Shown here piece by piece: positions 60,073 through 64,000 of a stretch of 64,000 bases of DNA; positions within the stretch are counted from its first letter, which is position 1, and each line of letters begins with the position of its first letter. The notes beneath the pieces were generated by a model. It saw only the letters and a list, made by a program, of their open reading frames with translations. It was not told the DNA's origin and made no database searches. The translations under genes were made by a program, and so were the position numbers. This DNA comes from a bacterium (GTDB taxonomy: Bacteria; Patescibacteriota; Microgenomatia; UBA1400; UBA12108): contig JAJYKS010000002.1 of the NCBI GenBank assembly GCA_021788365.1, positions 96,521 through 160,520 on the forward strand. Reading direction: 5' to 3'.

Positions 60073-60176
60073 TGTTTTCCCTCCTTTTTAAAATGAGCGA
60101 TGGAAATGATGAGACTAGCTTTCTCTTTGGGATCGATAGAGGAGGTTAGGTAGGTTCTAACATCGTCCCAGATGGT
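60069..60176 (-). other. Cryptic 3' end (35 codons + TGA) of integrase 1, in frame only after excision
   Basis: Reads TIWDDVRTYLTSSIDPKEKASLIISIAHFKKEGKQ* in frame with LSR1 codon 543 when joined at GCAC. The TGA overlaps the PLD ATG. Confidence 0.75.
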
Positions 60177-61699
60177 GCACTAGAAAAGAGAGCATTAGTA
60201 TCAATGGTACAAATTGATTGATACAACGGGCTAATCTGGCGGTTCAAGGTGCCATTTTGGTTCCAAGCCAACCCTGACGGGAATATTGAACCAAGGAGTA
60301 CTTTGATCTGGCTAAGGCTTGATCTTTTATACGTTTCTCCTAAATCCGCAAGCAGCGTTCGTATAAAAGTAGTAACGTCTTCAATATTATATTTATCAAT
60401 CGTGGCATCGTCTTTGACGATATGTGCTTTGGTCATTCGGTCCTCAATAACAGCATTTTGCTCTTTATACACCTCGTCAGAATACACACCAGCCAGGTTT
60501 TTCTCGACCAATGTTTTCCGAAGTGCTTTTAGTGTGGCAATCTCTTGATCTGCCTCGGTTTTTATCTTTTGCAGTCTTGATAGCCGTTGGTGATATGTCC
60601 GATACAGGAATGTAATAAAAAGGTTTAGACACTCCTTTTTTGGTGTTACCTGTTTGAGTGTTTGAACAACGGAATTTTCAAGTATTTCCGATTTAGCTGC
60701 TACGCCCTTACAAACACCACAGCACCGGTAATACGCATATTTGGCATGTCTACCTTTACTCCAGCCGCCAGTCATTCCCATTCCGCAAACTCCGCATCGG
60801 ACTATCCGGCGGAGAGGAAAATCTGGGTTGGCATGATTTCTTTTGGCAAGTGCCACTTTATTTGGATTTCGACCATCTAGAATTGCTTGTACGCGATAAA
60901 ACTGCTCATCAGTAATCATGGGCACATGTTGCGCTTTTACTTCCTCAAGGTACGTCTTAGATGTTAAAATACCCATGTAAAACTTATTCCTGAATAACAC
61001 ATCAACGCGTTGAGCACGGATAATAAATTCCCGTTTTCCTCGTCGCTCTTTCATGCCCCACACGTTCATAAGGTCTGCCATTTCCTGTAAACTCTTTGTT
61101 CCCGTCGCCATGAGGTCCCAAGATTTTTTCATTAAATCCCAAGTTTTGTCATCTTTAACTGCATAGCCTGCTTGAACGGCATATCCCAGAGGAACTTGGC
61201 CCGTAACGATCATACCGGAAAGAAATCTCGCTTTAAGACCGTTTCGTGACCGTTCGCTGCGGATATCATTATCAAGTTGAGCAAATCCGGCAAGAATCGT
61301 CTCAACGAGTTTTTCAGTAGGGCTATCACCAGTCGGCTCAGTTGCAGAGAGTATAGTTACTCCGTTCTCTGTTAGCTTTTTTCGAATTGCCAAGTAGTCA
61401 GCAGTTATACGGGAAATGCGGTCCAGACGATACACAAATACCGCTTGTACCGCGTGTTTATGCTTCCGGCAATATTCAAGAAGCTGGATAAGTATCGGTC
61501 GTCCGGTGATGCTTTTGGCGGACCTGCCTTCTTCACGAAACATCTCGATTACTTGATATCCGCGTTTTTCTGCCTCTTTCCTGCAAATTTCTTCTTGGGT
61601 ACCCAGTGAAAAATTATCAACTTGTTCCTCGGTAGAAACTCGAAGATAAAGTACCGCCTTTTTCCCATCGGCATAAACGGCATTATTTAATTTCATCAT
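60146..61699 (-). CDS. Large serine recombinase (integrase 2)
   Basis: YLRVSTEEQ, YRLDRISR, PLGY, NKFYMG, HVPMI, CGVC..YYRC. The C-terminus crosses the att junction. Confidence 0.95.
   Translation of the reverse strand: MMKLNNAVYADGKKAVLYLRVSTEEQVDNFSLGTQEEICRKEAEKRGYQVIEMFREEGRSAKSITGRPILIQLLEYCRKHKHAVQAVFVYRLDRISRITADYLAIRKKLTENGVTILSATEPTGDSPTEKLVETILAGFAQLDNDIRSERSRNGLKARFLSGMIVTGQVPLGYAVQAGYAVKDDKTWDLMKKSWDLMATGTKSLQEMADLMNVWGMKERRGKREFIIRAQRVDVLFRNKFYMGILTSKTYLEEVKAQHVPMITDEQFYRVQAILDGRNPNKVALAKRNHANPDFPLRRIVRCGVCGMGMTGGWSKGRHAKYAYYRCCGVCKGVAAKSEILENSVVQTLKQVTPKKECLNLFITFLYRTYHQRLSRLQKIKTEADQEIATLKALRKTLVEKNLAGVYSDEVYKEQNAVIEDRMTKAHIVKDDATIDKYNIEDVTTFIRTLLADLGETYKRSSLSQIKVLLGSIFPSGLAWNQNGTLNRQISPLYQSICTIDTNALFSSAPSGTMLEPT
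60165..60182. other. Junction of element 1 right end and element 2 left end (core GCAC at 60177-60180)
   Basis: GTCC-CAGATGGT-GCACTA mirrors the tRNA end GTCC-TCTTCTCG-GCACCA. Confidence 0.78.
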
Positions 61700-61998
61700 T
61701 TGCCTCCTTTCTCATGCAGTAATTCCTGCAGAGTTAAACCTTTAAATATGTGTCGCTCATATTCATCAAGCCAGGTTTCAGTTAAAAACTCTACCTCCAT
61801 GACGACGGTCTCAAGCTCTGTTGCGGACAATTCATATCCGAGAAGTCCTAGTGCGTCTTTTGCTTGCTTGAGGCGTTTCTCTTCATATTTTTGTTCGGGA
61901 AATAATTTTTCAAGGGATTGCTCCGTACTTTGTGGAATAGTAACCAACCCTAGTTCTTTTTGCTCTAATCCCATGGCAGTTTGCATACTCATATCCAA
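61696..61998 (-). CDS. Small protein coupled to the integrase 2 start
   Basis: 100 aa, ATGA overlap with LSR2, same GAAAGGAGGCAA SD as LSR1. Confidence 0.7.
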   Translation of the reverse strand: MDMSMQTAMGLEQKELGLVTIPQSTEQSLEKLFPEQKYEEKRLKQAKDALGLLGYELSATELETVVMEVEFLTETWLDEYERHIFKGLTLQELLHEKGGK

Positions 61999-62015
61999 TC
62001 TAGAATCTTACTAAC

Positions 62016-62061
62016 CTATCTATATATAGATAGTGTATATCGAAATATAGATAGCTGTCAA
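62016..62061 (-). promoter_or_regulatory. Integrase 2 operon promoter with inverted repeat
   Basis: CTATCTATAT(62016-25)/ATATAGATAG(62045-54). Minus-strand TTGACA(62061-56) and TACACT(62037-32). Confidence 0.55.
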
Positions 62062-62168
62062 GTATCTAGATATCCCAGCATTTTTGCACAAATTCCATCT
62101 CTGGAGTATCATTCTAACAACATCAAATACGTTGAGTTGACGATGCTAACTGCCCGTAAAGGGTAGTT

Positions 62169-64000
62169 ATGTTTAAAAATAACGTTATTCTGATAATTCT
62201 TCAAAAAGAGCTTTTTAAGGTAAGCGACTATTTACATCCATATTTCATTGTTTGGCTCCATGTGCTTACTGACTATATCCCGTTTATATTTGTAGGTGTT
62301 GTCACGTTGATCGTTTTCTGGGTCGCCTATCTGGCGATCAAGTTACGTCTAATTTGGAACGAATCGGGTAAACCAGTCGCATTGTTTGAAGTTTCACCGC
62401 CCACAAACACAGAACAAAGTTCCTTTACTACCACTCAGCTATTCACCTCAGTCCACGGACTCCTGAAACAGCGTTCGTGGCTACTTAGACTCTTTGACGT
62501 GACAAAATCCTACGCGTTTGAAATTGTATCTACAAAAGACAAAGGTATTCGATATATCTTCCGTATTGCAACCGAAGACGAACAAATCATCAAAAAGACT
62601 CTGATTGCATACCTCCCAGGTATTCAAGTTAAAGAAATTGACGACTATCTCGATCCAAACATTACTCGCGGTCATGTTCTTGATTTTCGTTTAACCCATC
62701 ATTTTGCGTTTCCCCTAAAAAAACAAGAAAAACTCGAGGAATACGATCCCATCTCCTACATTACCGGGACTATGACCAAATTAGAGGCTAGTGAGCTGGT
62801 TGCGGTACAAACCGTGGTATCTCCCGTGAGTCGATCTATATCGCGAAGCGTTGGACACTTACGATCACTCTTCCTGGGAAAGAAAGACATACTCACGGAA
62901 TTAGCCTTCAGCAATCAAGCAGGATCATTCTTGATGTTTGTTATTCGTTTTTGTCTGCAACTTTTATTATTTCCTGTTGGGCTTATGATTTTCGTCTTTA
63001 CTGGTGGTCGTGAAGGCCCGATGCTACCGATTATGTCCCTTAAAGCTCAATTACCGGATAGTACGTATCGCGATATTGTAGAGACTCAAATCAAACAAAA
63101 AATTGACCAACAGCTTTTTACAGTTTCGTTGAGATTTCTGACCGTTGCCGATTCGTATACCAATAGATCAAGAATCGAGAAGGGGTTCGTTGCAGCACTG
63201 TCGCCATTCACTAATGCGGGATATCAATCGCTACGTCCAAAAAGATATATAAAAGTAAAGGCAGTAAACAACGAACTGTTGTGGCTGTATCAACATCGAA
63301 TACTCGGATTCATTGATAATTTAGTTTTATCTACGTCTGAACTATCTGACCTCTATCATTTCCCATATACCAGCACAACAAAAACAGAAAATCTCTCCAA
63401 ATTGCACAGTCGAGAACTTCCTGCTCCGTTATCGCTTAAACAAAAATCTGCGTGTGATCTCTATTTTGCCAAAAATACCTATGGCGGTACTGAAACAAGG
63501 ATTGGTTTGACGCTCGATGAACGAAGACGCCATGTGTATATTTTGGGGGCAACCGGAACCGGAAAATCTACAATGCTTCTGTCAATGATCCAGCAGGATA
63601 TCGAACACAAGAAAGGATTATGTGTTATTGACCCGCACGGTGATTTGATTGAACAGGTGCTATCAATTATTCCTAGAGAGCGGATACCGGATGTCGTGTA
63701 CTTTAACCCAGACGATATCAGCTATCCGATGGGTATTAATTTACTCGAACTGACACCTGGATTATCTTCTGAAGATGCTATCCGCGAAAAGGAGTTCATC
63801 GCTGAAAGTATTATTTCTGTCTTCCACAAAATCTACTCTGACAAGTATTCCGGCCCGAGAATGGAATATATTTTGCGAAACACAATCCACACAGCTTTTA
63901 CTGTTCCTGATGCCACACTATTTACGATCTATAAACTTTTAATAAACACCCCATTTAGAAAATCAGTTGTACGGAATCTAACAGACGAGAACCTCAAGGA
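62169..64000 (+). CDS. VirD4-like coupling ATPase, paralog of 9360-11951 (3'-truncated, absent from the ORF track)
   Basis: Manual translation from ATG 62169: LFEVSPPTNTEQSSFTTTQLF, RRRHVYILGATGTGKS, IDPHGDL, YSGPRMEYILRN. Confidence 0.92.
   Translation, partial: MFKNNVILIILQKELFKVSDYLHPYFIVWLHVLTDYIPFIFVGVVTLIVFWVAYLAIKLRLIWNESGKPVALFEVSPPTNTEQSSFTTTQLFTSVHGLLKQRSWLLRLFDVTKSYAFEIVSTKDKGIRYIFRIATEDEQIIKKTLIAYLPGIQVKEIDDYLDPNITRGHVLDFRLTHHFAFPLKKQEKLEEYDPISYITGTMTKLEASELVAVQTVVSPVSRSISRSVGHLRSLFLGKKDILTELAFSNQAGSFLMFVIRFCLQLLLFPVGLMIFVFTGGREGPMLPIMSLKAQLPDSTYRDIVETQIKQKIDQQLFTVSLRFLTVADSYTNRSRIEKGFVAALSPFTNAGYQSLRPKRYIKVKAVNNELLWLYQHRILGFIDNLVLSTSELSDLYHFPYTSTTKTENLSKLHSRELPAPLSLKQKSACDLYFAKNTYGGTETRIGLTLDERRRHVYILGATGTGKSTMLLSMIQQDIEHKKGLCVIDPHGDLIEQVLSIIPRERIPDVVYFNPDDISYPMGINLLELTPGLSSEDAIREKEFIAESIISVFHKIYSDKYSGPRMEYILRNTIHTAFTVPDATLFTIYKLLINTPFRKSVVRNLTDENLK

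Larger units (their letters stand above)
7051..60180. mobile_element. Integrative conjugative-type element 1 (~53.1 kb) in tRNA-Leu, with metal, arsenic and fluoride resistance cargo and a CBASS-like pair
   Basis: GC drops sharply after the tRNA. It encodes an LSR, VirD4-like ATPase, relaxase-like protein and a VirB4/VirB6/PrgI/pilin cluster. GCAC core at 7051-7054 and 60177-60180, and joining the ends gives the palindrome ATGGTGCACCAT. Confidence 0.88.
60177..64000. mobile_element. Second related integrative element in tandem (continues beyond the window)
   Basis: Same left-end layout as element 1: LSR(-), small coupled ORF(-), promoter overlapped by an inverted repeat, VirD4-like gene(+). 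Confidence 0.85.

Noticed and set aside
1-64000. CRISPR array, cas genes, rRNA, IS transposases, phage structural genes
   Set aside because: I saw no regularly spaced repeat-spacer pattern and no recognisable motifs for these.
1-64000. Alternative genetic code (TGA read as Gly or Sec) explaining the broken genes
   Set aside because: Long conserved genes are intact under code 11, several end in TGA with coupled ATGA overlaps, and the breaks are mostly frameshifts.

Overview
The window starts in GC-richer host chromosome: uvrB (partial), uvrA, uvrC, tRNA-Arg(TCG), a cytidylate-kinase-like gene and tRNA-Leu(CAG). Gene style suggests a CPR/Patescibacteria (Microgenomates-like) host, but that is inference. 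At the 3' end of tRNA-Leu begins an AT-richer, apparently complete ~53.1 kb integrative conjugative-type element (7051-60180). Its left end carries a large serine recombinase (LSR), an XRE regulator, a VirD4-like coupling ATPase and a Replic_Relax-type relaxase. Its right end carries pilin, VirB6, PrgI, VirB4 and M23 genes, a CD-NTase + SLATT (CBASS-like) pair and a PLD-family gene. About 38 kb of cargo lies between: arsR-arsD-arsA-two YlbF-like genes-arsM with no efflux pump gene, a fluoride-riboswitch operon (crcB-DUF190-ppa-MFS-eno), five P1B metal ATPases, thiol-redox genes, and two-component and BlaI/M56 regulators. A second, related element with a different LSR starts in tandem at ~60177. 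Main finding: joining the two ends at the shared GCAC core builds a palindromic attP (ATGGT-GC-ACCAT) inside the integrase gene. This replaces the antisense-tRNA tail with a 35-aa C-terminus whose stop codon overlaps the PLD start codon (ATGA), suggesting an integrase-PLD operon that exists only after excision. Other candidates for undescribed biology are a twice-present covarying ~140-nt structured element upstream of DUF2958, the pump-less ArsDA-YlbF-ArsM module, and a terminator in the leader of the T4SS operon. All calls were made by eye, without database searches.
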